DNA from: Rickettsiales bacterium
GTDB taxonomy: Bacteria > Pseudomonadota > Alphaproteobacteria > Rickettsiales > SXRF01
DNA: 62,508 bases
Direction of reading: 5' to 3'
Assembly: GCA_040080715.1 (NCBI GenBank)
Contig: JBEBHV010000001.1
Location: 1-62,508, forward strand
The position numbers and the translations under genes were made by a program. Below the pieces are notes generated by a model. It was given only the letters and a program-made list of their open reading frames with translations. It did no database searches and was not told the DNA's origin. Below, piece after piece: positions 52,433-62,400 of this stretch; the stretch's first letter is position 1, and each line of letters begins with the position of its first letter.

Positions 52433-53146
52433 ATGGCCAATACCACTGGACGATTACTACTGCCCTACATTGTGCAATCGCAGTCGCAAAAGGAAGTAAC
52501 CCATAATCAGGCGCTAAACCTGCTTGATGTGTTACTTCAGGCGGTAGCGCAAGACGTAGGGCTGAATACTCCGCCTGGAAGCCCAACGGTCGGGCACTGC
52601 TGGGTGGTAGGTACTTCTCCAACGGGTGCGTGGGCAGGAAAAGCTGGCCAGATCGCTCAGGCGGTGGAAGGTGGCAGCTGGTATTTTGTCGCTCCCTTCA
52701 AGCGCCTACGGCTCTGGAATGAAGCCGCCGATGAATACTTCGTATATGACGGTTCGGCATGGGTGCCAGATAGCCTGCTGCTGAAAGAAACGGGCGAGTA
52801 TTTGCGCGTTGAGCATAAAACTCAGGATGTGACTGTAAGCTCAGGGGCATTCGTCGATAGCACCATCTTTATTCCCGACCGTTCGATAGTGCTGACTGTG
52901 AATGTACGCGTAATGACTGCAATCACAGGCGCGACATCGTTTGGCGTAGGCGTGGCGGGTGACACCACCAAGTTCGGAAACTTTATCGGCATTGGCCTTG
53001 ATTCCACGAATATCGGCATCATCGGGCCGACCGCCTATTATGCGAATACGCCCATACGTCTTACTGCCAATGGCGGTAATTTCACGGGCGGCGTGATCCG
53101 CACCACGATGCAGTATCTGAAACCACGTGGTCCTTGGACTTGGTAG
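52433..53146 (+). CDS. DUF2793 domain protein (fibre/spike-associated)
   Basis: LLLPYIVQSQSQKEVTHNQALNLLD N-terminal signature. Confidence 0.7.
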   Translation: MANTTGRLLLPYIVQSQSQKEVTHNQALNLLDVLLQAVAQDVGLNTPPGSPTVGHCWVVGTSPTGAWAGKAGQIAQAVEGGSWYFVAPFKRLRLWNEAADEYFVYDGSAWVPDSLLLKETGEYLRVEHKTQDVTVSSGAFVDSTIFIPDRSIVLTVNVRVMTAITGATSFGVGVAGDTTKFGNFIGIGLDSTNIGIIGPTAYYANTPIRLTANGGNFTGGVIRTTMQYLKPRGPWTW

Positions 53147-53187
53147 CAGATCGTATCACCTAATCATCATTATTCTCAGAGGTTTTC

Positions 53188-53559
53188 ATGGAACAGCAGC
53201 TTTTACAGCTCGGGGCTGGAGGGCTTTTCGCGCTTCTGGTTCTGCGCGAGGTATTCGGATTTCTCAAAGAGCGAGTGCGTTACACCCACAACGCCGCGCT
53301 CGAACAAATGGCTAAGGAAGTGCACGAGATGCACGAATGGCACGCTGTCACTGACGAGGACGGTGTGAAAGTCTGGTACATCCGCCGCTCGCTTGAAAAC
53401 ACTCTGGATAAGCTCTCACACACCCTCGATGCCCAAACGCAGCTCCTGAAAGAGATGGTGCTGATCCTCAAAGACACACGCAACGAAATGGACGCGGTGA
53501 TTCGCGAAACCCGTGAGATACACCGTGAAATCCGTAACGAACATCGAAAGGCAGGCTAA
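53188..53559 (+). CDS. single-TM coiled-coil protein directly upstream of the endolysin (holin or lysis-accessory candidate)
   Basis: 123 aa; N-terminal TM GAGGLFALLVLREVFGF followed by a charged helical region. Confidence 0.4.
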   Translation: MEQQLLQLGAGGLFALLVLREVFGFLKERVRYTHNAALEQMAKEVHEMHEWHAVTDEDGVKVWYIRRSLENTLDKLSHTLDAQTQLLKEMVLILKDTRNEMDAVIRETREIHREIRNEHRKAG

Positions 53560-53563
53560 TCCT

Positions 53564-53989
53564 ATGAAAACCAATCCAGAAGCAATCAGCCTCATTAAAG
53601 AATTCGAGGGGCTGAAACTCAAACCCTATGCCGATCTTGGCGGTAAAATGACCATCGGCTGGGGGCATCTCATTAAGCCGGGGGAGCGTTTTAGCTCCAT
53701 CACCACGGCACAAGCGGAGGCGATATTCCAAAAGGATCTGCTGGATGCGGAAAGAGTTGTTACCCGCAAGGTACGCGTAAAACTCACCAATAATCAGTTT
53801 TCCGCGCTCGTCGCGCTGGCGTTTAATATCCCGAAAGCCTTTGGCAATACCACGCTGGTGGAAGTGCTGAATGCTCTGCGTTTTGATGATACCCCGGAAC
53901 AGATGCTGCGCTGGCATCGTATGGGAAAAAAACCCGTGAAGGGATTGATCCGCCGTCGTGCCGCAGAAGCCATGCTGTTTGTATCCTAA
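53564..53989 (+). CDS. endolysin, GH24 (T4 lysozyme-like)
   Basis: Start MKTNPEAISLIKEFEGLKLKPYADLGGKMTIGWGH (E...D...T catalytic context). Confidence 0.85.
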   Translation: MKTNPEAISLIKEFEGLKLKPYADLGGKMTIGWGHLIKPGERFSSITTAQAEAIFQKDLLDAERVVTRKVRVKLTNNQFSALVALAFNIPKAFGNTTLVEVLNALRFDDTPEQMLRWHRMGKKPVKGLIRRRAAEAMLFVS

Positions 53990-53998
53990 GGACTTGTA

Positions 53999-54838
53999 AT
54001 GGCACAATTCGCAGATTTAAGTGAAGTCATCAATCGCATGACGGGTGGAAACTCAGGAAACCCTGAGAATCTGTTTGTGTGGATTGATAACCGCATTGAT
54101 AGCGCGGCAGCCAATGCCACGGTTGCAGGCCGCATGTCATCGCTCTGGCAGTATAATTCCAGCATGGGCGGATCGGGTGCTGTTCCCACCGCCGCCGCCA
54201 TTCCCGATAACACCACACGCGGCGGGTTGATGCAGGCCAACCCCTCGGGTGGCCGTGAAAAGTGGTTACTCGGCAATGGCATGACATGCAGCGCAGCGGG
54301 TGCGGTACTGCTTTATGACAGGCTGCTGCATAACGGTGGGCTTTCGGGCATTGTCACTACGGCGCAAACAGTCGGCGGCACGCTCACTCGCAACACAGGC
54401 GGCATAGGCAACCAGATATGGATAGAGATTTACGCCCTTATTGGTGCGACTTCCCGCACCATCACTGCATCCTATACCAATCAGGACGGCGTATCTGGCC
54501 GCACGACAAAACCCGCCTTGATAGGTGCAACGGGCTATCGTGAAGCGCAACGCCTCATCATGCTCCCATTGCAGGACGGTGATACGGGCGTGCAGGCTGT
54601 TGATTCTGTCACGCTTTCAGCAAGCACGGGAACGGCTGGAAACTTCGGCGTGGTGATCGCCAAACCACTAGGGCTTGGCCTGATTCCTGGAGCAGGCACA
54701 GGCTATTGGCGTGATTATCTGACGGGATTACCTGGGCTTCCCAAAATAGACACCGATGCCTGCCTTGCGCTCGCATTCATGGCCAACAGCACGGCTGCAC
54801 CGCAAATCATGTTCGCCGCTGGCTTTGCGGAGAGGTAG
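53999..54838 (+). CDS. hypothetical protein, tandem paralog 1
   Basis: 279 aa; LYDRLLHNGGLSG...IWIEIYALIGATSRTITASYTNQDGVSGRTTKPALIGAT. Confidence 0.6.
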   Translation: MAQFADLSEVINRMTGGNSGNPENLFVWIDNRIDSAAANATVAGRMSSLWQYNSSMGGSGAVPTAAAIPDNTTRGGLMQANPSGGREKWLLGNGMTCSAAGAVLLYDRLLHNGGLSGIVTTAQTVGGTLTRNTGGIGNQIWIEIYALIGATSRTITASYTNQDGVSGRTTKPALIGATGYREAQRLIMLPLQDGDTGVQAVDSVTLSASTGTAGNFGVVIAKPLGLGLIPGAGTGYWRDYLTGLPGLPKIDTDACLALAFMANSTAAPQIMFAAGFAER

Positions 54839-54840
54839 TT

Positions 54841-55668
54841 ATGGCACTGGCAGATTATCAGGCATTGAAAGATGCGATTGAGAAAGGAAAGCAATATCTC
54901 TTCACCAAGAATTCGCAAACTGCCACCTCCACCAAACTAACCAGCCTATGGCTCACCACGCCTGATGCTGGCGCAATCCCTTCCACTCCAGCAGCGTGCA
55001 ATGCGGATACGGTGGGGGCGTTGTTTTCTGAGCCGAAATTAACCAACCTCACCAAATCCTACCATCTGGCTCAGGCTGAGGCAGGATGCTTTACTACGTC
55101 TAACAGTTCACTATGGCTGATTGATCGCTTGTGTCATCAGGGCGGCTTGTCAGGAACAGCAACTGCAACCCAGACCACGAATCTGCCCACGGCAGCACTT
55201 ACGCGCTACACGGACGGCGTGGGTGTCATGGCCGCCATAGAGATTTACGCAGCCATCGGCACGCTCGCGCAAACTGCCACGGTTTCCTATACCAATCAGG
55301 CAGGTGTGGCTGGGCGCACGAGTAAGCCCGTAGTGATTGGCGCAACAAACGATAACGCGCTCGGGCGGTTCATACCGATACCGTTGCAGGATGATGATAT
55401 TGGCGTTCGTTCGGTGGAATCCGTAACGCCTTCATCATCCACCGCCACGGCTGGCAATTATGGCATCACGCTATTCAAGCCACTGATGCTTCTGCCCAAT
55501 CTCGCCGTGGGCATTCATGCGATCCAGCAGCGTTGCATGAATCCGTTTCTCGGCGGGTTCGGCGGAAGCCCTATCATTGACGATGCCGCCTGTTTGCAGC
55601 TTCTAGCCGTGGCCAATACCAGCTCAGTAGGAATCGTGCATGGAGCGTTTCACTTAGCGGAGGCATAA
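54841..55668 (+). CDS. hypothetical protein, tandem paralog 2
   Basis: 275 aa; LIDRLCHQGGLSG...AAIEIYAAIGTLAQTATVSYTNQAGVAGRTSKPVVIGAT aligns with paralog 1. Confidence 0.6.
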   Translation: MALADYQALKDAIEKGKQYLFTKNSQTATSTKLTSLWLTTPDAGAIPSTPAACNADTVGALFSEPKLTNLTKSYHLAQAEAGCFTTSNSSLWLIDRLCHQGGLSGTATATQTTNLPTAALTRYTDGVGVMAAIEIYAAIGTLAQTATVSYTNQAGVAGRTSKPVVIGATNDNALGRFIPIPLQDDDIGVRSVESVTPSSSTATAGNYGITLFKPLMLLPNLAVGIHAIQQRCMNPFLGGFGGSPIIDDAACLQLLAVANTSSVGIVHGAFHLAEA

Positions 55669-55669
55669 C

Positions 55670-56722
55670 ATGCGTTTTGGCTCACGAAATTTACTCTTTG
55701 ATGGAGCGCAGGTTGAAACTGGCAGTATTCCGCTTGAGGCAACGGGTTCACTAGTTGCCAGTGATATGTCACCGGTATGGAATAGCCTATCGCTTGTTTT
55801 CCAAGCGCTAACGCCGCAATGGAATACGCTATCCAGCATTCTCTCAGAAGAGGCCTTGCAGTGGCATTTGCTGGCCTCAGCCACTGAATCAAGTGATGTG
55901 CGCTGGAATCTCCTAAGCAATGCGGGCAAAAACCTTGATACGCGCTTCCATATCATCCAGAGCGTTTTTGCGAGTGCAGATTGCCGTTGGAACACGATTG
56001 CCTCCATCGGCATAGCCGCAGACCTTCGCTTTCATCTGCTTCAGGCTGCGATCTCTCAATCATCAATCCAGTGGAACCTTCTGGCTGCAACGACAAATCA
56101 GGCCGAAATCCGCTATGATGTATTGCAGCAGGTGCTGACATCCTCAGATGCGCGCTGGAATATCACCGCACTGGTGTCATCACTGGAAACAGCAGTATGG
56201 AACCTGAGCGAGAGCGTTGCGCGGGCGATTGATTATCGCTGGAACGCCTTACAATCGGTTATCAGCCCATCGCGATACGACTGGAATATTCACACACTGA
56301 CCGGCAAGAATCTGGATACGCGCTGGAATGCTGTCGCACTGGCTGCGAATAACCTGATTGCTCAATGGAACGGGCTTCAGGGCGTGATCCAGCAGTTGAA
56401 CCTGTCATGGGATGCGCGCCAGCATATTATGCAGCAGCTGGCTACACAATGGCACACACTGAATGCGATTGCGCATCAGCTCGAAACACTCTGGCAAATT
56501 GAGCAGATTGCCGCTTCCAACAATGACCTGCGTTGGCACATCAATATCGGCCAGATCATAACCCCAGCCGATCGCACGCTCAACATTCAGGAGCGTGAGG
56601 CGTTGCTTCATATTCTGGCTTCAGAGCGTTCTCATGCCGTTCCTGTCAGGCAAGCGTCGAGCAGCCTGAGCGCTGAGCCGCGCATTGTGACCATTTTGCC
56701 AGAAAGCCGAACCATCCACTAA
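55670..56722 (+). CDS. fibre-like protein built from 19 in-register 14-residue repeats
   Basis: 350 aa; an aromatic residue (W, or F/Y three times) at every 14th position from residue 37 to residue 289, counted by hand. Confidence 0.65.
   Translation: MRFGSRNLLFDGAQVETGSIPLEATGSLVASDMSPVWNSLSLVFQALTPQWNTLSSILSEEALQWHLLASATESSDVRWNLLSNAGKNLDTRFHIIQSVFASADCRWNTIASIGIAADLRFHLLQAAISQSSIQWNLLAATTNQAEIRYDVLQQVLTSSDARWNITALVSSLETAVWNLSESVARAIDYRWNALQSVISPSRYDWNIHTLTGKNLDTRWNAVALAANNLIAQWNGLQGVIQQLNLSWDARQHIMQQLATQWHTLNAIAHQLETLWQIEQIAASNNDLRWHINIGQIITPADRTLNIQEREALLHILASERSHAVPVRQASSSLSAEPRIVTILPESRTIH
55766..56578 (+). repeat. 42-nt (14-aa) periodic coding repeat, about 19-20 units
   Basis: Units such as SDVRWNLLSNAGKN, LDTRFHIIQSVFAS, ADCRWNTIASIGIA and LDTRWNAVALAANN, with no indels. 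Confidence 0.8.
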
Positions 56723-56743
56723 TTGACAACACGGAGCTTCACT

Positions 56744-57253
56744 ATGCCCATTACATCGACCGATCTGAAATTTCACCTGAGCGGTGGAGCCGCTAACTCT
56801 GACCCCAATGCGGCACTCGGCGGCGCAATAAGCACCACACAAATCGTGGATGCCACGGTTGCCAACCTGTTTGACAATGTCAGCAGCGCGGAATCGGCGG
56901 CGGGTGATACGGAGTATCGCTGCTTCTACGTCAAGAACACGCATGCGACCCTGACGCTGCAAGCGGCCAAAGTCTATATCCAGACGAATACCCCAAGTGC
57001 TGACACCTCTGCTGAGATTGGCCTTGGCACATCTGCGGTGAACGGTACGGAACAGACGGTTGCCAATGAATCCACTGCGCCAAGCGCGGTGACATTCTCA
57101 TCGGCGGCAGGATCAGGCAATGCGCTCTCGATTGGAAACATCCCAGCTGGTCAACATAAGGCAATCTGGCTGAAACGCATCGTGAATGCCGCCGCCGCTG
57201 CGTATAACTCCGATTCCGTCATCATCCGGGTTGAAGGTGATACTGCCGCATAA
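56744..57253 (+). CDS. hypothetical virion-associated protein
   Basis: Start MPITSTDLKFHLSGGAANSDPNAALGG with RBS GGAG. I recall this N-terminal pattern from phage structural regions but cannot name a family. Confidence 0.55.
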   Translation: MPITSTDLKFHLSGGAANSDPNAALGGAISTTQIVDATVANLFDNVSSAESAAGDTEYRCFYVKNTHATLTLQAAKVYIQTNTPSADTSAEIGLGTSAVNGTEQTVANESTAPSAVTFSSAAGSGNALSIGNIPAGQHKAIWLKRIVNAAAAAYNSDSVIIRVEGDTAA

Positions 57254-57263
57254 AGAGGGTTTC

Positions 57264-57635
57264 ATGGCACTACCAACACGTTTTTCCAAAAGTCCGGCAG
57301 AACTGCTGGATTACAAAATTGATTATGGCACCGAGCTGGCTCAAACAGGCGACACAATACAAACCAGCCTGTGGATCGTGCCCAGCAACAGCGTGGATGC
57401 TCCTGGCAATGCTTCTATCGCGCTGGCGGATAATGTCGCAGTTAGCGAAGACCCAGTTTCGCCAAGCCCTACGTTCACACAGGGAGGCACGGCAAAAACC
57501 ACCACGACAGTCACCATCTTTCTGTCAGGTGGCACACTTGGCAATGTGTACCGCGTGCAGAACCGTGCCACCACACTTCAAGGACGAAAATACAGCCGCA
57601 TTATCGAAGTTGTCATAGAGTCCAAGTACGCTTGA
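57264..57635 (+). CDS. hypothetical fibre/adhesin-associated protein
   Basis: Start MALPTRFSKSPAELLDYKIDYG...GDTIQTSLW...LSGGTLGNVYRV...GRKYSRIIEV. Pattern recalled from alphaproteobacterial phage tail-end genes. Confidence 0.55.
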   Translation: MALPTRFSKSPAELLDYKIDYGTELAQTGDTIQTSLWIVPSNSVDAPGNASIALADNVAVSEDPVSPSPTFTQGGTAKTTTTVTIFLSGGTLGNVYRVQNRATTLQGRKYSRIIEVVIESKYA

Positions 57636-57656
57636 GCAAGCAAGCGTCACTACTCC

Positions 57657-57688
57657 GCCCCGAGCCGAAAGGTTCGGGGCTTTTTTTT
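57657..57688 (+). terminator. strong rho-independent terminator (GCCCCGA...TCGGGGC plus T8) closing the phage late operon
   Basis: Read directly. The T-run overlaps the stop codon of the convergent CDF gene. Confidence 0.8.
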
Positions 57689-58295
57689 ATAATTCTTTTT
57701 TTGCTGATTGAATAATCCGCCACGCGCCAGATACAGACAACCAGCCGAGAATGGCGGCGACGATAATATCTGGCCAGATGGTACTGGAGGCGAACACGCC
57801 AGCGGCGGCGATCATCACGGCGATATTGCCAATGGCATCGTTGCGGCTGCATATCCATACGGATTCGCGGTTGCTGTCACCGCCACGGTATTTGTAGAGC
57901 AGCACCGCGCAGCCGACATTGACCGCCAGTGCAATCACACTGATAGCGCCCATAATGAGGGGTTTTGGCATTTCTGGCTGTAGTGCGTGGTCGAGTGTTT
58001 CAAACGCCACCCACAGCCCCACCAAGCCCAAGGAAACGCCTTTGAATAGCGAGGCCTTGGCACGCTGGCGAAGTGATTGATCCAGCACATAGAGGCTGAT
58101 GCCATAGTTAGCGGCATCGGAGAGAAAATCTGCGCTATTCGCCAGAAGGGATACAGAATGCGCGGCGTAGCTTGCCACCATCTGCGCCACAAACATCACC
58201 GCGTTGGCAATCAAACATATCCACAGCACCTTGCGGTATTCTGTCGATACGCCTGATTGCCCGCTTTCATTACAATGATCGTGGCAGAAACTCAC
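57687..58295 (-). CDS. cation diffusion facilitator (CDF) transporter, short form apparently lacking the cytoplasmic C-terminal domain
   Basis: 202 aa; HSVSLLANSADFLSDAANY (TM2 HxxxD-like site) and SRNDAIGNIAV (TM5). The protein ends right after TM6. Confidence 0.75.
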   Translation of the reverse strand: MSFCHDHCNESGQSGVSTEYRKVLWICLIANAVMFVAQMVASYAAHSVSLLANSADFLSDAANYGISLYVLDQSLRQRAKASLFKGVSLGLVGLWVAFETLDHALQPEMPKPLIMGAISVIALAVNVGCAVLLYKYRGGDSNRESVWICSRNDAIGNIAVMIAAAGVFASSTIWPDIIVAAILGWLSVSGAWRIIQSAKKEL

Positions 58296-58726
58296 AGTTT
58301 CTGACCCGTCATTTCCTTGCAGATATGCGCGATGCGGTCTGCATGTTCAGCCCAGCCTTTACCTTCCTTTTGCTTCTTAGCAGCGACTTTGGTGGCGCAT
58401 GCTGTAGCCAGCTCTTTCGGCAGCAGTTTTTCTTCCGCATCCGCCGTGGTGAGGTCGTCCATCTGGCGGCAGAGTGACTTCACTTCCGTTATCTCAGGCG
58501 TGCGCTTCAAGCGTTGACGTTGCTGTGTTCCGTGCCGCCCTGTGGTGCGAACCTTCTGCAAGCTGGCTGGCCATTCTGCTTCATTCAGGCACGCAAGCCG
58601 CAGCGTTTCTTTGCGATCTGCTGCGTCAGAGGTTTCAGAAAGTTTCTGGTCAAGTGTTTTGGGTGGTTGCGATGCACAGGCACTCAGTGCCAGTGCAGTA
58701 GCGGCTAATATCATCCATGTTTTCAT
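58292..58726 (-). CDS. lipoprotein (lipobox LSAC)
   Basis: 144 aa; MKTWMILAATALALSAC; 4-nt overlap with the CDF gene. Confidence 0.55.
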   Translation of the reverse strand: MKTWMILAATALALSACASQPPKTLDQKLSETSDAADRKETLRLACLNEAEWPASLQKVRTTGRHGTQQRQRLKRTPEITEVKSLCRQMDDLTTADAEEKLLPKELATACATKVAAKKQKEGKGWAEHADRIAHICKEMTGQKL

Positions 58727-58781
58727 TGTTTTCTCCGTGGTTAAAATCCCCCTCCGCCCGAAGGCGGAGGGGTAAGTTCAT

Positions 58782-59066
58782 CTATCTGTTTCCGTAGTGT
58801 TTCTGCACATAGCCGCCAAGTTCATGGCTATAGACACACCCTTTACCGCAAGGATACTGCGATACTTTGGGCGTTGCAGCGGCATCAGACATTTGGCGTT
58901 CGCCACGCGCTGGGCTGGAATCAGGATTTTTCTTGTTCCAGTATTCCCAGCTACGTTCCACACGCGCCTGCTGAGGCGATACAGGATAATCACGCGCCAC
59001 CGCAGCAGAGCTTACGGATAGCACGGCAACACCAGATAAAATCAGGCTTTTTAGTAGCATTTTCAT
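58782..59066 (-). CDS. small secreted protein
   Basis: 94 aa; signal peptide MKMLLKSLILSGVAVLSVSSAAVA; RBS AAGGAGAAAG. Confidence 0.5.
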   Translation of the reverse strand: MKMLLKSLILSGVAVLSVSSAAVARDYPVSPQQARVERSWEYWNKKNPDSSPARGERQMSDAAATPKVSQYPCGKGCVYSHELGGYVQKHYGNR

Positions 59067-59204
59067 ACTTTCTCCTTAGAATGGTTAAACATTCCTGACG
59101 AAACCCGTCAGGTTTGGGGAGCGCGGCGGGAAGGTCATGTCGCTAAACTTGTTCCTTCCCGTCGCACCTACGATCAAAAGCACCATGCCTCTGACCGTAT
59201 TCAT

Positions 59205-59465
59205 TTACTGGCCTTTGCTTTTTGCATCGGATTTCCCAGCTTTTTCCTTATCATAATCGTGACCGTCGCCCTCTTTATGGTCATGATGATCGCCCTCTTT
59301 ATGGCCTTCATGCTTGCCATGATCTTTATGGTCACCGTTTTTGTGTTCGTGCTTTTCCATTTTCTTGCCATCTTCGGCTTTATGCTCACCTGCCATCGCT
59401 GGTGCGGCAGTGCCAATCACCAGCGCGAGGGCAGATGCAGCAAACAGGGATTTTAGCTCGGTCAT
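59205..59465 (-). CDS. His-rich periplasmic metal-binding protein
   Basis: Internal start MTELKSLFAASALALVIGTAAPAMA (signal peptide) with RBS AAGGAG. The mature part carries 11 His in (D/E)(G)HK-type repeats. The longer track ORF (to 59870) overlaps czcA and is rejected. Confidence 0.65.
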   Translation of the reverse strand: MTELKSLFAASALALVIGTAAPAMAGEHKAEDGKKMEKHEHKNGDHKDHGKHEGHKEGDHHDHKEGDGHDYDKEKAGKSDAKSKGQ

Positions 59466-59494
59466 AGAGTCTCCTTTAGGGTTGGTTGAAAAAA

Positions 59495-62400
59495 TCACAG
59501 TTCCTCCTTTGCCAGCAGGTCGCGGGCAAGGTTGAACCGTTTGTAAATGGCGGGAAGCACCAGCAACGTAAGGATGGTTGCGGTAATCAACCCGCCGATC
59601 ACCACTGTTGCCAGTGGTTTTTGTACTTCCGCGCCAGCACCTGTGGCAATCGCCATCGGCACGAAGCCCAAGGAAGCAACGAGTGCCGTCATCAGGACGG
59701 GGCGGAAGCGGGAAAGCGCACCTTCGATGATGGCTGTGTTCGCCTCGATGCCTTCGCGCACCAGCTGGTTGATGCGGGTAATCATCACCAGCCCGTTCAG
59801 CACGGCCACGCCCGAAAGCGCAATCAAGCCCACCGCTGCCGAGATAGAGAACGGCATCCCGCGCAGCCAAAGGGTGATAATGCCGCCCGTGAGTGCCAGC
59901 GGTACGCCAGAGAACACCAGCAGAGCTTGCTTCACAGAACCAAGCGCGGTGAACAGCAGCAGGAAAATCATGAAGAAGCAGGCTGGCACAACAACACCAA
60001 GCCGCGCTTTGGCTTCTTCAAGGTTTTTGAACTGCCCACCCCATTCCAGCCAGTAGCCAGCGGGGATTTGCACTTTGCTATCAATCGCGGCCTGAGCATC
60101 CTTCACAAATGAACCGATGTCGCGTCCGCGCACGTTGGCTTGTACCACCACGCGGCGCTTACCGTTTTCACGGCTGATCTGGTTTGGTCCGTCCGTCACT
60201 TCCAGCTTCGCCACTTGCTTTAGAGGGATATAGGCTGGGCGAGTGTGCGGCTGGCCACCGATGCGGTCTGACATATTATCGTCATCCATAGGCAGCAGCA
60301 CGGGCAGGTTTTCCAACACCGTTAAATCCTGCCGCATGGAATCGGGCATGCGCACCAGAATATCAAAGCGGCGATCCCCTTGAAACACCAAGCCAGCCTC
60401 GCGGCCACCTACGGCAATCGCGAGTACGTCCAGCACATCGCTGACATTCAGGCCGTAACGGGCAATGGCGTTTTTATCCAGCTTCACTTCCAGCATGGGA
60501 AGGCCGCTGGTTTGCTCCATCTTCACATCCGCACTGCCCTCAACAGACTTTAGCGTTTGCACCAGCTGGGCTGCGGTTTTCTCCATTACGCCGAAATCAT
60601 CGCCGTAGATCTTCACCGCCACATCCGAGCGCACACCTGAAATCAGTTCGTTGAAGCGCATCTGAATCGGTTGGGTGAATTCGTAGTTGTTCCCTGGAAC
60701 GTCAGACACAGCTTTGTTGATTTTCGCAATGATTTCTGACTTTTCGATACTGGAATCAGGCCACTGGTCTTTGTCTTTCAGAATAATAAATGTGTCCGAT
60801 ACGTTAGGTGGCATCGGGTCAGCGGCCATTTCCGCCGTGCCCGTTTTGGAGAATACAAACTCCACTTCTGGCACGCTGCTAACGGCTTTTTCCACGGCAA
60901 ACTGCAATTCCTGCGACTGCGTGAGCGAGGTGGAAGGAATCCGCATGGCGTGCATGGCAATGTCTTTTTCATCGAGCGTCGGAATGAATTCCTGCCCCAT
61001 CGTGGAAAACAACACGAGAGAGAGCACAAAACCACCTGTGGCCGCACCGATGATTTTTAGCGGCGCACGCAATGCCCAATGTAAGGCGGGTTCATACCAG
61101 CCTTTGGTTTTATGGATGATGCGGCTTTCTTTTTCCTCCACCTTGCCTTTCACAAAAATGGCAATCATGGCGGGAACAAAAGTAAGCGATAACACAAACG
61201 CGGCGATCAGGGCAAAAATCACCGTCATCGCCATCGGCTCGAACATCTTGCCTTCCACACCGCTGAAGGTCAGCAGCGGGATATACACCATAATAATAAT
61301 CGCCTGACCAAACACGGAAGGCTGAATCATTTCTCGGCTGGCCACCATTACTTCATGCAATCGTTCTTGCAGGGTGAGCATTCGGCCTTCATGGTGCTGG
61401 CGGTGCGCCAAGCGGCTCAAGACATTCTCGGTGATAATCACTGCGCCATCGACGATCAGCCCGAAATCAAGCGCACCAAGACTCATCAAGTTGCCGCTGA
61501 TGCCAGCGCGAATCATCCCCATGCTGGTCATCAACATGGAAAGCGGGATAACGAGCGCGGTAATCAACGCAGCGCGGAAGTTGCCCAGCAGCAAAAACAG
61601 TATCACGATGACGAGCAGTGCGCCTTCAGCCAAGTTTTTCTGAACCGTACCGATGGTACGATCCACCAGCTTGGTGCGGTTCAGCACCGTTTTGGCGTGG
61701 ATGCCTTCGGGCAGTGATTTGTTGATTTCCGTGATTTTCTCATCCACGGCTTGCGATACGGTGCGGCTATTCTCGCCAATCAGCATCAGTGCTGTGCCAA
61801 CCACCACCTCGTAGCCGTTTTCAGAAGCCGAACCCGTGCGGAGTTCTTTACCGATGCCTACGGTCGCAATGTCCTTCAGGTAAATGGTGATGCCGCCACG
61901 GTTGGCCACCACAATATTGCCGATCTGCTCGGCATTCTCGATACGCCCATCTGCACGCACCACATAGGCTTCGCCGCTGCGTTCGATATAGCCAGCACCA
62001 ATGCTGGTATTATTGCGCTCCAGCACATTCACCACATCCGAGAAACTTAAACCCAAAGCCACCAGCTTTTCAGGGTTAGGCTGCACATGGTACTGCTTCA
62101 CATAGCCGCCAATGGCATCGACACCCGCCACACCTTTCACACCTTTCAGCTGAGGGCGGATAATCCAGTCCTGCACCGTGCGAAGGTAGGAGGCTAATTC
62201 TACATCCGAGTTCATGCGCTGGCCTTCGGGTGTGAGGTAGCTGCCATCGGATTGCCAGCCAGCCTTGCCATCTTTTATGTCTGCGCCTTTGCCGCGTGGA
62301 TGTTCATATTCCACCGTCCACATGTAAATCTCACCAAGGCCAGTCGAGATCGCGCCCATCTTCGGGTCAACGCCTTCGGGCAGGCTTTCTTTTGCTTCGG

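Larger units (their letters stand above)
9346..57688. mobile_element. integrated siphovirus-type prophage (about 48 kb); left end at the tRNA fragment, right end inferred from the last phage-like gene and its terminator
   Basis: Contiguous integrase, recombination, immunity, replication, accessory, packaging, head, tail, lysis and fibre modules. No attR repeat was found, so the boundaries are approximate. Confidence 0.75.

Noticed and set aside
57636-57700. attR or direct repeat of the tRNA core at the right end of the prophage
   Set aside because: I compared 9278-9590 with 57636-57700 by eye and found no shared word of 10 nt or more. Only an intrinsic terminator is present, so the right boundary is inferred from gene content.
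59466-59870. N-terminal extension of the His-rich protein ORF (221 aa, 59205..59870)
   Set aside because: The extension overlaps the 3' end of czcA in another frame and is Arg/Gly/Pro/Cys-rich. The internal Met has AAGGAG upstream and is followed by a canonical signal peptide.
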